A stretch of DNA of 53,795 nucleotides. Origin: a virus (lineage: Duplodnaviria > Caudoviricetes). Within the stretch, counting starts at the first letter, position 1; each line of letters opens with the position of its first letter. The stretch covers positions 1 through 53,795 of the IMG/VR virus record IMGVR_UViG_3300031949_000051. One strand, written 5' to 3'. Shown one piece after another: positions 17,867 to 27,867 of the stretch. Under the pieces are notes generated by a model, which worked only from the letters and a program-made list of their open reading frames with translations, was not told the origin of the DNA and did not search any database. The position numbers and the translations under genes were made by a program.

Positions 17867-18625
17867 ATGCCTATCACCCACACATACGTTCCCATCAGCG
17901 ACATCACTGTGCCCGCCGAGTGGTTCGACAGTAGCGCAGGACACGTCAATTTGTGGAGCGAGGTTGACGAAGACATCGACACCCCGGACGACGCGGCTTC
18001 GTACGTCCTTGGCATTGCCGGCGCCGGAGTAATCTCTCCTCTCATCCTCGGGATTTCTCCATTCGTTGTCGCCAGCCCCGGCGCCAACCACATTCGCCGT
18101 GCTCAGCTTCGTGTGCGCGCCGTGAGCGACTTTCCGCTTGGCGGAACTCCGCCTACACTCACCGTGGACTGGCAGCGTTCAAACGGAGAGAGCATCTTGA
18201 AGCTCGGGCCGGTGAATGTGAGCCAAGGGGAATTCACCAATCTCGAAACGGCGCTCGTTGACATTGACATCCAGCCCAAGCCATTCTTCAATGGCAGCCG
18301 CTTCGTCATCACCGCTGAGCACTTCCAGAATCCCGAGCAGCACACGCAGATCACCGCCATCAACCTCGACACGGAGCAAGATGTGCGCCCGGTGATGAAC
18401 GTGTATGATTCTCGCGTCCCCGGCAACCACCCGGCGGTGGGGGAGCCATGGTATGCTGATGCTGTCAATAGGGAGCACCTGCCTCGCAGCGGGCTTACTC
18501 GGCCAGCTTGGCCACACCCCCACGAGGGCTTGCTCGTTGCGGCGCATGATGTCGATGAGCTTCACCACAATGCGCTCCCTGCCGAACCTCTCCCCGACGA
18601 TCTCACCGTGGAGGAGGATCTCTGA
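17867..18625 (+). CDS. Hypothetical structural protein
   Basis: 252 aa in virion operon. Confidence 0.7.
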   Translation: MPITHTYVPISDITVPAEWFDSSAGHVNLWSEVDEDIDTPDDAASYVLGIAGAGVISPLILGISPFVVASPGANHIRRAQLRVRAVSDFPLGGTPPTLTVDWQRSNGESILKLGPVNVSQGEFTNLETALVDIDIQPKPFFNGSRFVITAEHFQNPEQHTQITAINLDTEQDVRPVMNVYDSRVPGNHPAVGEPWYADAVNREHLPRSGLTRPAWPHPHEGLLVAAHDVDELHHNALPAEPLPDDLTVEEDL

Positions 18626-19326
18626 TGTCAACCTACGCCTCGCTTGCTAACACGCTCACCTACCGACTCGGCAACCGCACCGATCTCGGCTTGACCACGG
18701 ACGCCTCGGCCCGCATCCACGAGTTCCTCTTCGCGGGCTCCGTCGAGCTTGCCCACCGTCTCAAGGGGCTTGGCGTCCGCATCCCGCAGCTTGAGAGCCG
18801 CTTTGACTACGTGATCCCGGCCAACACGGACGACGTTACCTACGCCACGCTTCTTGCCTCCGGCCGGCTGTATGCCATCGTCGACATCGTGAACCGCACC
18901 GGGGAGATCCCCATGAACTTCAGCGCCATCGAGGCGTTCGAGAAGACCCGCGCCGACGGAGCGACCGGAAGCGCCGATCAGGTGACTCTCTGGACCTCCT
19001 ACAACCGCGTCCTCTCCGTGTGGAGGAAGCCGACGGAGAACACCACTGTGCGCATCCTCAGCTACCTCGATCCCGCGGCAATCACCGCTCCCTCCTCGCA
19101 ATCCCCGGAGGTTGGCGTAAGCTACGAAGCCGGCCTCCTTCTCCTCGCTGAATCTTTCGCCTGGGACTCCCTCGACAACGAGGAGAAGGCGGACAGCGCC
19201 GAAGCCAAGTTTGATCGCTGGATCACCCGCAAGCGCGCCCCGACTGAGCACGAGCGACGCAACCCTCGCACCCGCGGTCTCCGCCCCCACCCGGCGATGA
19301 TCCGCGACCACGACCTGGGGATCTGA
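18625..19326 (+). CDS. Head-tail adaptor / tail tubular protein A-like
   Basis: MSTYASL start, W..P..N.TVRI.Y and helical C-terminus; GGAGG RBS. Confidence 0.6.
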   Translation: MSTYASLANTLTYRLGNRTDLGLTTDASARIHEFLFAGSVELAHRLKGLGVRIPQLESRFDYVIPANTDDVTYATLLASGRLYAIVDIVNRTGEIPMNFSAIEAFEKTRADGATGSADQVTLWTSYNRVLSVWRKPTENTTVRILSYLDPAAITAPSSQSPEVGVSYEAGLLLLAESFAWDSLDNEEKADSAEAKFDRWITRKRAPTEHERRNPRTRGLRPHPAMIRDHDLGI

Positions 19327-19329
19327 CCA

Positions 19330-20565
19330 ATGCCGCTGCCTGTCCGAACCTGGGGTGCCTCTTACGAAACCGCCCCTCCCGGGAGCGAGTCGCTGGGCCT
19401 CACCGACGACCGCATCCGCGAGACTCGCACCGACGCAAGCGAGCGCGGCAATCCGGAGCATCACTGGGATCGCACCACCGCCGAGGCGTTCGCTGGCGAG
19501 CACCGCATGGGCTCGGCTCGCATCTGCCGAGGCACCGCTGCTCAGCGCGCCGCGATGCAGTTCGTTGCCCGCACCACTGACATCCTCCCCGGCACCGCTG
19601 GGCACGAGGGCGGTGTCGACAACTCCGCGAAGATCAACAACCCGAACGGCCTCGTGTTTTACGAGGAGGACACCGGGCTCACCTACTTCCACAACGGAAC
19701 CGCGTGGGCGTTCCTCCTCGACTTCGACTTCCTCGCCGTACTCGCAACCACCTTCCGCACCCGCGGCGTGATGGCGTTCCGCGTCAAGTCGCCCACCACC
19801 GCCGCCACCCTCAAAGTGAATGTCAATGGGGGGCTGTACGTGGACATCGACGGCACGGTGCGCGAGTACGCCGGGGACGCCGACTTCGCGCTCGCGGCCG
19901 CGGACGCCACCAATCCGCGCATTGATCTTCTCTACCTTGCTGGCACCACACTCACCAAGGTGGAGGGGACGCCCGCTGGATCGCCAACCGCGCCTGCAAT
20001 CCCTGGAACTGCATTTCCGCTTGCCTATCTGTTCGTGCGCGCCACCTCGACTGTATTCGAGGAAGCTGACGGCGGAGGCACCAAGTCGTACCTGTACAAG
20101 GATTTGCGAGGGATCGTCAGCAAGCCGCCACGAGTCGCGTTCTCTCAAGAGAAGCGCCTCACCGCCAACGATTCAACAATACCGACTGATCCAACAACAG
20201 AGATTCCCGCTGACTTGAAGCACCTCAACGTGACGCTCACCTACGGAACCGCGTCAAAGGTGTCGCTCGATGCAGTATTCCCCTGCTCAGCCAGCGGAGG
20301 CGGCGGCTTCCACTATTTCTTCATAGAGATAGTTGAAGACCCGGACGGCATTCCGGTTGTGATCGCACGCGGTTCAACACGCACCATTGTGGGCAATGAC
20401 ACCATTGTCATGTTGCCACTTCACGCACTCGTTGCTGGCTGGTCAGGCACCAAATCGTTCGGGATCAGGTGGCGCGTTAGTGCTGGAGGCGCCAACACCG
20501 CAACCATCCACGGCAACACTACCACGAAGGAGCAAGCCATTTTCAGCGTCAAGGAGATCGCATGA
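19330..20565 (+). CDS. Tail fibre/collar protein (putative)
   Basis: DDRIRET N-terminus; AADATNPRIDL...GTP..SP..P.IP...PLA module. Confidence 0.7.
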   Translation: MPLPVRTWGASYETAPPGSESLGLTDDRIRETRTDASERGNPEHHWDRTTAEAFAGEHRMGSARICRGTAAQRAAMQFVARTTDILPGTAGHEGGVDNSAKINNPNGLVFYEEDTGLTYFHNGTAWAFLLDFDFLAVLATTFRTRGVMAFRVKSPTTAATLKVNVNGGLYVDIDGTVREYAGDADFALAAADATNPRIDLLYLAGTTLTKVEGTPAGSPTAPAIPGTAFPLAYLFVRATSTVFEEADGGGTKSYLYKDLRGIVSKPPRVAFSQEKRLTANDSTIPTDPTTEIPADLKHLNVTLTYGTASKVSLDAVFPCSASGGGGFHYFFIEIVEDPDGIPVVIARGSTRTIVGNDTIVMLPLHALVAGWSGTKSFGIRWRVSAGGANTATIHGNTTTKEQAIFSVKEIA

Positions 20566-20840
20566 TGCGCAGGTTCTGGATCGGATTCGTCACCGGCCTC
20601 GTGTTCGCGCTCACCCTCGCCGCCACCCGCGGCCCGGGCTTCCGCGAGACCGGCGATGCCTACAACACGCAGGAGCCCGGCGTCCCGGCGATGTTCGCGG
20701 TGCCGCGGGTGACCAGCATCCCGGATGATGCCTCGCCGGGCACCGTTGCTTACGTTTTGGCCACCGACGGCTCCAATGCATGCGAGGGCTTCTTCGCTGT
20801 CGTTGACTCGACGGGCGTGCGTTGTCTGGTGGTGCCATGA
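20562..20840 (+). CDS. Small signal-peptide/TM protein
   Basis: MMRRFWIGFVTGLVFALTLAA; AAGGAG RBS; two Cys. Confidence 0.7.
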   Translation: MMRRFWIGFVTGLVFALTLAATRGPGFRETGDAYNTQEPGVPAMFAVPRVTSIPDDASPGTVAYVLATDGSNACEGFFAVVDSTGVRCLVVP

Positions 20841-23629
20841 GGCGGCTGCTGCTTGCTCTGTCGATTGTTCTCGCATTCGCCACCCAACGGGCCGAAGCCA
20901 ACGCTTGCGCTACTGTCAAGGCTGGCCTCATGGACCCAGCGACAGATACGAACGTCTGGACCTCGTGCGGTGGCGTCATCCCGACTTCAGCCGACACTTG
21001 CACCATCACTCACCGCATTATGAACAACAAGCCGAGCGACGAGACTATCGATTGCGGGTACGTGCAAATCGGCGCGAATGGGACGCTCGATTTGAGCGGT
21101 GGGTACACCGGCACACTGACAGCTCCGGCGCGCAACGTCTTCACGACCGGGGCGAGCGGCAACGCTGCGGCCAACCCAGGTGGCATCCAAGTCCAGAGTG
21201 GGGGTACGTTGATCCTCGGCGGGGGCAACACGTTGAGTGCCAGTATCACCAGCGGCGAGCAGACGACGGACGTGATCGAGGTACTGAGCGGCGGGACGTT
21301 GATAACGCAGGGCCGCTTGATTCACAGTGGTACAGTGCGCCGGGTGATCGGGCAGGGGGCGATGGACGCGACTGACATCGCCATCGTCGGCAGCAAGGAT
21401 TTCCCGAAGAATCAGCTCGCCGGATACGACTTGATCTTCACGAGCGGTCGCCGGATCAAGGAGTGGTGGAGGATCGCCGAGAACAACGCCGCCGTTGCTC
21501 CTTGCGACGCCGACCCAGGCTGCATCCGCCTCGACTATACAAATGACGCGCACAAAAACAGTGACATCACCTGCTACGGCGTCAACAGCAGCAATCGGAC
21601 GTGCGACCTCGGGAGCGGATCGACCGCCGCCGGCACCGGTACGGCGATCACTGGCACAAGCTCCTTGTGGGAGGAGAATGCCATCGCCGGGGCCGATAAC
21701 GCCGAACCGGGATACTTCTTCAAGTACAACAGCGATGCCTCAGATGATTGCTGGCGAGAGATTGTGGCTGTGGCGGGCGATACCTCGGTCACGCTCAAAG
21801 AGGCGTACAACTCCGTCGGAGGGTGCGTCGGCGGTGGCGCGACCGAGGCCTACCAGATTGTTCGCTCGAACGCGACCGGAGCGAACAGCAGCCGGACTGG
21901 GTTAGGCGCTGTTGGCGCTTGGGATGGTCGGCGGGGCTACTCTTTCGACAATCTGTTCGACCAGCGTATTGCTGCTGGTGACACTTACTCCATCATCGAA
22001 GCCGCGTCGATTGGAGTTATCGCCGCCAATGACAACAATATCTTGTTCATGCCAAAGTTTGTCATCCACGATGGAGCGCGACTTTACGCCCGCTTCACGC
22101 GCTTCAGCGACTTGCATACGATCAACTGCGGTGGCATAAACCCGGTGGCCGACTCCACGGAGGGCTTCGACTTCCAATGGAATGAAGTTATGGACGGAGG
22201 CACAAACGGGATAGTGCTGCTCGATGGCTCCGATCCCCCATGCCAGAACATCACCGTTGCGAACAACTTCATCCACAACATCGGCTTCGTGGGCACCGCA
22301 ATGGCGGATGGTCATGGCATCTTCACTGACCAAACCGCTGGTGTACCCAACATAACTGGCATCAAAATCCTCGGCAACCGGATTCGTGGCACCAAGAATG
22401 TTGGCATTGAAATCAACAGCGGTTTGCTTGATAGCGACATCAGCGACAACATCATCTACTACCAACCGGGGCCGCTCTCGACGGACAACTCACAGGGGTT
22501 CCAGGGGCTCGCGATTGATCTGGCGAGGCACACCGATTTTGCCTCTATCGTCGATGGGTTGAAGGTCGAGCGGAACCTGATCTGGAATGTGAGCTCGAAC
22601 GCGATCCACTTCGGCGAAGCGGGGTCGGCCAACGCCCACACCTACAGCGGCGCCGGTCTAGTGGTGCGCGACAACGCTGCCTTCAACGTGGGATTCATCG
22701 CCTACGGCGACTCCATCGACGGCGCTGCGCACGGCTCTCCCGCGTCCGTGATCTCGGTGATAAACAACTTCGCCGGCCACGGCGACGGCTGCGCGAACGG
22801 GCCGTACAAGTTTTACCAGAACGTCTGCTACAACATGCTCCGCCTGCACGGTGAAACTGGAGCACTCGAATACCGAGGCAACATCTGGGTCATTGATCGG
22901 ATGGTCACGGAGAATAACGGCGTTGGGCTGCGGTGGATCGCGTCAGGCACGGATGTGGCGTGGTCAACTCAAGTTCCGAAGTTCACTGACAACGTGCTTT
23001 GGGGAGTGACTGGAAACGCTATTGTTGTTGACGGTACGCAAATTACGACGCAACCGCAGTTTTTGCACAACACTATGGTGGCCAGATTCAGCACCCCAGC
23101 AGGCTTCGACCGCTTCCTGCGCACGCAAGGAGCCACGGGCGGACTGGCGCTGGCTCGCGACAACTGGATCATTGGCAATGAAGAGGGTACGGCGGGCACG
23201 GAGATTATCGTCTTCGATCAGAACTCTGGAACGATCACAGAAGATCACAATGCAATCACTGGCGTTCCTACGGGGGCGGAGCAATGCACTGGCTTCACCT
23301 GCGCCGGGACGACACTGACAATCGGAGCCGGGACGGTTTCAATCTCCGACGCCATCGGGTTTCCTGGTGGGTTCGGAAACGCACCTGTCGGAGAAGGGCG
23401 CGATTTCGTGACCAACAGCGGCCAACCAGTTGGAGCGAGGGTATCCGGCGCACAGGTCCGGCGGCTCCCGTATCAGGATTTCGCCACGCCCCTGCCGTTC
23501 GTCAACACGATTAACAACCAAGACACCGACGGCGACGGCATCTTCGACCTGTTCGACAACTGCATCCCCCGCATGAACCCCACGCAAGCGGACGCGGACG
23601 GCGACGGGATTGGTGACCGATGCGAGTGA
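20837..23629 (+). CDS. Large beta-helix (pectin-lyase-like) protein with Sec signal peptide and C-terminal thrombospondin type-3-like repeats
   Basis: MRRLLLALSIVLAFATQRAEA; repeated I..N.I.N rungs; DTDGDGIFDLFDNC...NPTQADADGDGIGDRC. Confidence 0.8.
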   Translation: MRRLLLALSIVLAFATQRAEANACATVKAGLMDPATDTNVWTSCGGVIPTSADTCTITHRIMNNKPSDETIDCGYVQIGANGTLDLSGGYTGTLTAPARNVFTTGASGNAAANPGGIQVQSGGTLILGGGNTLSASITSGEQTTDVIEVLSGGTLITQGRLIHSGTVRRVIGQGAMDATDIAIVGSKDFPKNQLAGYDLIFTSGRRIKEWWRIAENNAAVAPCDADPGCIRLDYTNDAHKNSDITCYGVNSSNRTCDLGSGSTAAGTGTAITGTSSLWEENAIAGADNAEPGYFFKYNSDASDDCWREIVAVAGDTSVTLKEAYNSVGGCVGGGATEAYQIVRSNATGANSSRTGLGAVGAWDGRRGYSFDNLFDQRIAAGDTYSIIEAASIGVIAANDNNILFMPKFVIHDGARLYARFTRFSDLHTINCGGINPVADSTEGFDFQWNEVMDGGTNGIVLLDGSDPPCQNITVANNFIHNIGFVGTAMADGHGIFTDQTAGVPNITGIKILGNRIRGTKNVGIEINSGLLDSDISDNIIYYQPGPLSTDNSQGFQGLAIDLARHTDFASIVDGLKVERNLIWNVSSNAIHFGEAGSANAHTYSGAGLVVRDNAAFNVGFIAYGDSIDGAAHGSPASVISVINNFAGHGDGCANGPYKFYQNVCYNMLRLHGETGALEYRGNIWVIDRMVTENNGVGLRWIASGTDVAWSTQVPKFTDNVLWGVTGNAIVVDGTQITTQPQFLHNTMVARFSTPAGFDRFLRTQGATGGLALARDNWIIGNEEGTAGTEIIVFDQNSGTITEDHNAITGVPTGAEQCTGFTCAGTTLTIGAGTVSISDAIGFPGGFGNAPVGEGRDFVTNSGQPVGARVSGAQVRRLPYQDFATPLPFVNTINNQDTDGDGIFDLFDNCIPRMNPTQADADGDGIGDRCE

Positions 23630-23820
23630 TGAACGGCGATCTCACATGGCGCCAAGCGGCGGTGCTCCTCACCCTGAGCGCGCTCGTTGCTGGCGCGGTG
23701 TGGGGGGCATCCACCACCTTCGAGTTCAAGTCGGATCACATCCGTGATCTGCAAAGGATTGAGGGGCAGCTCTCCGGCATGGATGCCAAGCTTGATCGGC
23801 TGCTGCGTCGCCCTAGATGA
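23629..23820 (+). CDS. Single-TM plus coiled-coil protein (holin-like/lysis accessory)
   Basis: TM AAVLLTLSALVAGAVWGA then coiled coil; directly before endolysin. Confidence 0.6.
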   Translation: MNGDLTWRQAAVLLTLSALVAGAVWGASTTFEFKSDHIRDLQRIEGQLSGMDAKLDRLLRRPR

Positions 23821-24221
23821 GTTTCGACTCCCAGCTCGCAGCATCCACGAAACGCATCGCCGGGCTCTCCGTGCGCCTCCAGCCGCTTGCGTGGGGGCTC
23901 ATCGGCGCAGTCTCTTATCAGCACCGCATCTGGCTGACGATTGCTCAAGGCCGGCGCACGCTCAAGGAGCAGCAGGTGTTGTGGGAGCAGGGGCGCACCA
24001 CCCCGGGCAAGATTGTCACATGGGCTGTCCCAGGCACCAGCCAGCACGAGTTTGGCCATGCGTTCGACATCGCCCGGCTTCACGAAGACGGCCGCGTGAC
24101 GTGGAACGACATGCCGTGGGAGGCTGTCGGCCACCTTGGTGAATCCTTCGGCCTCGTGTGGGGCGGACGCTGGCCGAAGAAGAAGACTGATCGCCCGCAC
24201 TTCCAGCTCGCGTCCGTGTGA
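23817..24221 (+). CDS. Endolysin, M15 family L-Ala-D-Glu peptidase
   Basis: GRRT..EQ..LW.QGRT.PG.IVT, SQH..G.AFD, WGGRW, DRPHFQ. Confidence 0.92.
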   Translation: MSFDSQLAASTKRIAGLSVRLQPLAWGLIGAVSYQHRIWLTIAQGRRTLKEQQVLWEQGRTTPGKIVTWAVPGTSQHEFGHAFDIARLHEDGRVTWNDMPWEAVGHLGESFGLVWGGRWPKKKTDRPHFQLASV

Positions 24222-24224
24222 TTC

Positions 24225-24764
24225 ATGTCGCAGCCATCAGTCACGCAAGGAGGCTTCGCCCTCCCGGACGCCCCCAGCTCCAACGAGGGGATTCTCGCGT
24301 GGATCAAGCGCTTCCGCGATGCCCTCAACCAGCACCTCGCCGACCTTGCCAACTCCGTCCTTGGCAATCGCGACGACATGCGCCGGGAGATGCTCACCTA
24401 CTACATCCCCTCCGTTGCTTCCACCAGCGTGTATGCCCAAGGCACCGCAGCCGCAGCCTACATCTTCCCGCTCGACGTTGCCGCCACGCGACTCACGGTG
24501 CAAGCGGACGTGGGAGCGGGTGCTACGCTTACAGTAGCGGTGTACAACGGAGCGGAAGCAGCCGGGAACATTGCGCTGACGGTTGTGAGCGGCGTGGGGG
24601 CGGGGCGGGTGGCGCTTCAATCCGTGACTCCTGCCAACGCCGGCAAGGAGGTGTTTCTCTCCGGTGACGGCGCAACCACCGGCGACAAGTGCTACGCCAA
24701 AGTCACCAGCGCGGGGGGCATGACGACTGAGATCAGCATCCAGCTTCAAGCGGAGCCCCGATGA
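24225..24764 (+). CDS. Tail-associated hypothetical protein
   Basis: Helical N-terminus plus beta-rich C-terminus. Confidence 0.7.
   Translation: MSQPSVTQGGFALPDAPSSNEGILAWIKRFRDALNQHLADLANSVLGNRDDMRREMLTYYIPSVASTSVYAQGTAAAAYIFPLDVAATRLTVQADVGAGATLTVAVYNGAEAAGNIALTVVSGVGAGRVALQSVTPANAGKEVFLSGDGATTGDKCYAKVTSAGGMTTEISIQLQAEPR
24500..24529 (+). promoter_or_regulatory. Putative intragenic late promoter (copy 3)
   Basis: GCAAG and GTGCTACGCT at the same spacing as copies 1 and 2. Confidence 0.4.
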
Positions 24765-25570
24765 CCCCGACGATCAAGCGAGTGGCACTCATCCCCGATC
24801 CACACTGCGGGGATCGCGACTTGCGCGCCTGCGAGCTTGCGTGCAAGGTGCTGGAGGACTTCAAGCCGCACATCGTCACCTGCCTTGGCGACGTGCTCGA
24901 CATGCCGTGGGCATCTAACTTTGCCCGCAACCTGATCAAGGAGCCTGGGCAACTCCAGCGAGAATGCAACGACTGGTTGCGGTTCGCGCTGGAACTCAAC
25001 GACGCAACGCCCGGCGCCTCCCGCTATAACATCCCCGGCAACCACGACGACCGCTTCATCACCAACTTCATTCATCGAATCCCCGCGCTCGCCGACTTCC
25101 GTGGACTGTCGTGGGATGAACTCCTGAGCGCCAAGGAGACAAAGTGGAAGCACGTCGAGCAAGGGTACATGTTGTTTGCCGGCGGCCGATTCGCCGCCAC
25201 TCATGGTGCTTCCGTGCTCGAAGCAAGCGGCGCTTCCGCCCGCAAGGAGCTGCGGCGCTGGAAGATGAGCGGTGCTTCCGGCCACTCGCATCGCATGGGG
25301 CAGGTGTACGAGACCAGCTTCGACGGCATCCGCTGCTGGACCGAGTGTGGGCACCTCAGCAACAACCCGCCCCACTACAAGCGGATGAACGAGATCGCCC
25401 CGCGCGACTGGCAGCCGGGGATTGTTATAATGTGGGTGGCTCCCGATGAGTTCCGCGCCCCCACTCTCATCCCCTTCTGGAAGCGGGCCGGCCACTACCG
25501 CACCCGCTACGCCGAGAAGGAGTACACCACGGCGCCCCGTTATGCTTCCCGATCTGGAGGACGACGATGA
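24761..25570 (+). CDS. Calcineurin-like metallophosphoesterase
   Basis: DPH, LGDVLD, GNHD, THG, GHSH motifs. Confidence 0.9.
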   Translation: MTPTIKRVALIPDPHCGDRDLRACELACKVLEDFKPHIVTCLGDVLDMPWASNFARNLIKEPGQLQRECNDWLRFALELNDATPGASRYNIPGNHDDRFITNFIHRIPALADFRGLSWDELLSAKETKWKHVEQGYMLFAGGRFAATHGASVLEASGASARKELRRWKMSGASGHSHRMGQVYETSFDGIRCWTECGHLSNNPPHYKRMNEIAPRDWQPGIVIMWVAPDEFRAPTLIPFWKRAGHYRTRYAEKEYTTAPRYASRSGGRR

Positions 25571-25857
25571 CCCTGATACCGAATGGTGGAATGCCATGGC
25601 TAACTCACCAGCGCAAGCTTGCGCTCGCGGTGGGGATCTACTTGAGCGCATTCAGCACCGCTAGTGTTGCGCTGTTCGCTCCAGTGACCTCCCCCCGCGC
25701 CAGCTTTGCTGAGTGGGCGATGTTTGTGGGCGCCCTGGGCACCGCGATCAAGGCGATCTTCACCTGGGGCAATGCAGCCGAGCACCGCGCCAACGCTGCC
25801 GCGGTCAACGGCGTAAACGGAGGTGGCAATGGTAAGCCTCCCACCCAACCTGCTTAA
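25567..25857 (+). CDS. Holin-like two-TM protein
   Basis: GGAGG RBS; two hydrophobic segments. Confidence 0.6.
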   Translation: MTLIPNGGMPWLTHQRKLALAVGIYLSAFSTASVALFAPVTSPRASFAEWAMFVGALGTAIKAIFTWGNAAEHRANAAAVNGVNGGGNGKPPTQPA

Positions 25858-26011
25858 AGGGATCGCAGGCGTCTTCGCGCTCCTGTGGGCTCGTGCCCGT
25901 GGCAAGCGCGCCGGCCACGCGGAGGAACTCCGTGAGCAGGCGAAGCAAGCGGCAAAGGACAAGGACGCGGAGCGGATGTTTGATCTCCTCAAGCGAAAGG
26001 GGAAGGGATGA
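25829..26011 (+). CDS. TM plus coiled-coil protein (spanin-like)
   Basis: GGAGG RBS; hydrophobic N-part then charged helix. Confidence 0.5.
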   Translation: MVSLPPNLLKGIAGVFALLWARARGKRAGHAEELREQAKQAAKDKDAERMFDLLKRKGKG

Positions 26012-26217
26012 GCTGGTTCAAGCGCGATCCTGTCGATCTCCCGGAGAACTGCCCGCCCGATTACGTCTGTCTCACGACGGAGCAGGCGCTCAAGTCGTGC
26101 TTCGACGGCGGGGCGCCCGTCGCGTACGGGGCGGCCTTCGTCAGTGGCATCGTCGCGGGGATGATCCTCATCCTCCTCGCCGGCAAGTTCGTCCAGTGGA
26201 CCATGCACCGGGAGTGA
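26008..26217 (+). CDS. Small membrane protein
   Basis: ATGA overlap; C-terminal TM; three Cys. Confidence 0.6.
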   Translation: MSWFKRDPVDLPENCPPDYVCLTTEQALKSCFDGGAPVAYGAAFVSGIVAGMILILLAGKFVQWTMHRE

Positions 26218-26220
26218 CCT

Positions 26221-27867
26221 ATGCCGCGGATGCGCTTCAGCGCTCTGGGGATCACCGCCGGGATGAACTCCGACTTCCCGGCGAACCAGCTTGACCCCCG
26301 CGCCGCCCCCAACCTCAGCAACGTGCAGGTGCGCCGCGGCTTCATGCGCCCGCGCTTCGGGCTTGCCACATTCGCCAACCGCCCCAACAACGATCCGGTG
26401 ATCAAGCTCGCAGCCGCCCGCTACGAGAATGGCGGCGCCGATCTCTTCCGCATCAAGAACCGCAGCACCGGGACGCTCGGGGAGATCCGTCTCCTCAACG
26501 GAACCACCTGGGACGCCATCGCCAGCGACGCAGGGCTTGCGGTTGCAAACGGCGTGCTCCTTGGCAACGACCTCAACCCGTGGGACTCGGCAACGGTGCT
26601 GAGCAAGCCGATCTTCGTCAATGGGGTCAACGAGAACGTGTACTACGATCCCGGCGTCAATCTGAAGCCGCTCGGTGGGAACAAGAGCCGCTACGTGATC
26701 CAGTACCAGAATCGCACCTTCCTCGCCTACCAAGACGCAGGCGCCGGCTTCGTCGCCAATCAGATCCAATCAAGCGCGCCCGGCACGTTCAACACCTTCA
26801 CCGGCGTGGGATCGGTGCAGACGCAGCTCCGCGACGATCCCTTCCCCATCACCGGCCTCAGCGTCAATCGCCGGTTCACCGTGTACAAGGAGCGCAGCAT
26901 CATCGTTGGCACGCCGGTCGGACAGGCGTCCCAGCCGGTGCGTTACGAGACGATCAACACCGCCGGCGTCGGGCTGTGGGCTCCCGGGACGCTCGCCAAG
27001 CTCGGCTCCTTCGATGCGTTCCTCGGCAGCGATGACTTCTACACGTTCGACGCCACGGGCGCTCCGCAGCCCCTTGCCTCTCCCATCCGCGAGCTTCTGC
27101 TGGGCGGCATCAACTACGACCGCCTTGCACAGACGCACGCGCTTCACGATCCGGAGAATGGCGAGGTGGTTTGGTTCATCCCGATGGGAGAGGATCGCTT
27201 CGCCAAGGACGCGTGGGTGTGGAACTACCGGCTGAACGCATGGTGGCATTGGCAATTCTCGGCTGAGATGGGGGCATCGGCAGCCTTCCCCTCCGTTGTC
27301 GGGCTCACGTACGACTCCGCCGGGGCGATGGGGCTCACATACGACACCGCCTCCTTCTCCTACGATGACATGAGCGCGGTGTCGAGCAAACTGAGCATGA
27401 TCGTCGGAGAGGCGGGGGAGGACGTGGGTGCTTCAACCACCTACGGGCGCACGCTGCGCTTCGACCCAGCAACACACGCAGACGCTTTCAACGTCCCCGC
27501 CAACGTGGCATGGTTCTACGATCTCCCCGCCATCGACCTTGAGAGCGTGTCGTTCGACGAGAATCGCCAGCCTATCCGTGCCTTGCGCGCAAAGGATTGG
27601 AAGACGCTGGATCAAGTGGATATCATCTACAAGGACCTCGGCGGCGCGGTGCCCAGCGTCGTGTGCGAGGTGAGCGTCGACGAGGGCAACTCGTATACCA
27701 CCTTCGACACTCAGACGCTCAGCGTCGTGGGCGGAGGCGTGCGCACCAAGTCGTTCTTCGGCCGGGTGGCGGGGCAGCGGTTGCAGGTGCGCATCAGCGG
27801 GGTGGCGACCGACTTCGCCATCCGCGATATTGTGCTTTACATCACCACATCAGGAGGTGGACGTTGA
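26221..27867 (+). CDS. Tail tubular B / DNA stabilisation (nozzle) protein
   Basis: 548 aa, beta-propeller-like; GMNSD, VYKERSI, VSVDEGNSY patterns; precedes ejection genes. Confidence 0.75.
   Translation: MPRMRFSALGITAGMNSDFPANQLDPRAAPNLSNVQVRRGFMRPRFGLATFANRPNNDPVIKLAAARYENGGADLFRIKNRSTGTLGEIRLLNGTTWDAIASDAGLAVANGVLLGNDLNPWDSATVLSKPIFVNGVNENVYYDPGVNLKPLGGNKSRYVIQYQNRTFLAYQDAGAGFVANQIQSSAPGTFNTFTGVGSVQTQLRDDPFPITGLSVNRRFTVYKERSIIVGTPVGQASQPVRYETINTAGVGLWAPGTLAKLGSFDAFLGSDDFYTFDATGAPQPLASPIRELLLGGINYDRLAQTHALHDPENGEVVWFIPMGEDRFAKDAWVWNYRLNAWWHWQFSAEMGASAAFPSVVGLTYDSAGAMGLTYDTASFSYDDMSAVSSKLSMIVGEAGEDVGASTTYGRTLRFDPATHADAFNVPANVAWFYDLPAIDLESVSFDENRQPIRALRAKDWKTLDQVDIIYKDLGGAVPSVVCEVSVDEGNSYTTFDTQTLSVVGGGVRTKSFFGRVAGQRLQVRISGVATDFAIRDIVLYITTSGGGR

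Noticed and set aside
20837-23629. Diversity-generating retroelement target
   Set aside because: No reverse transcriptase and no template/variable repeat pair seen.
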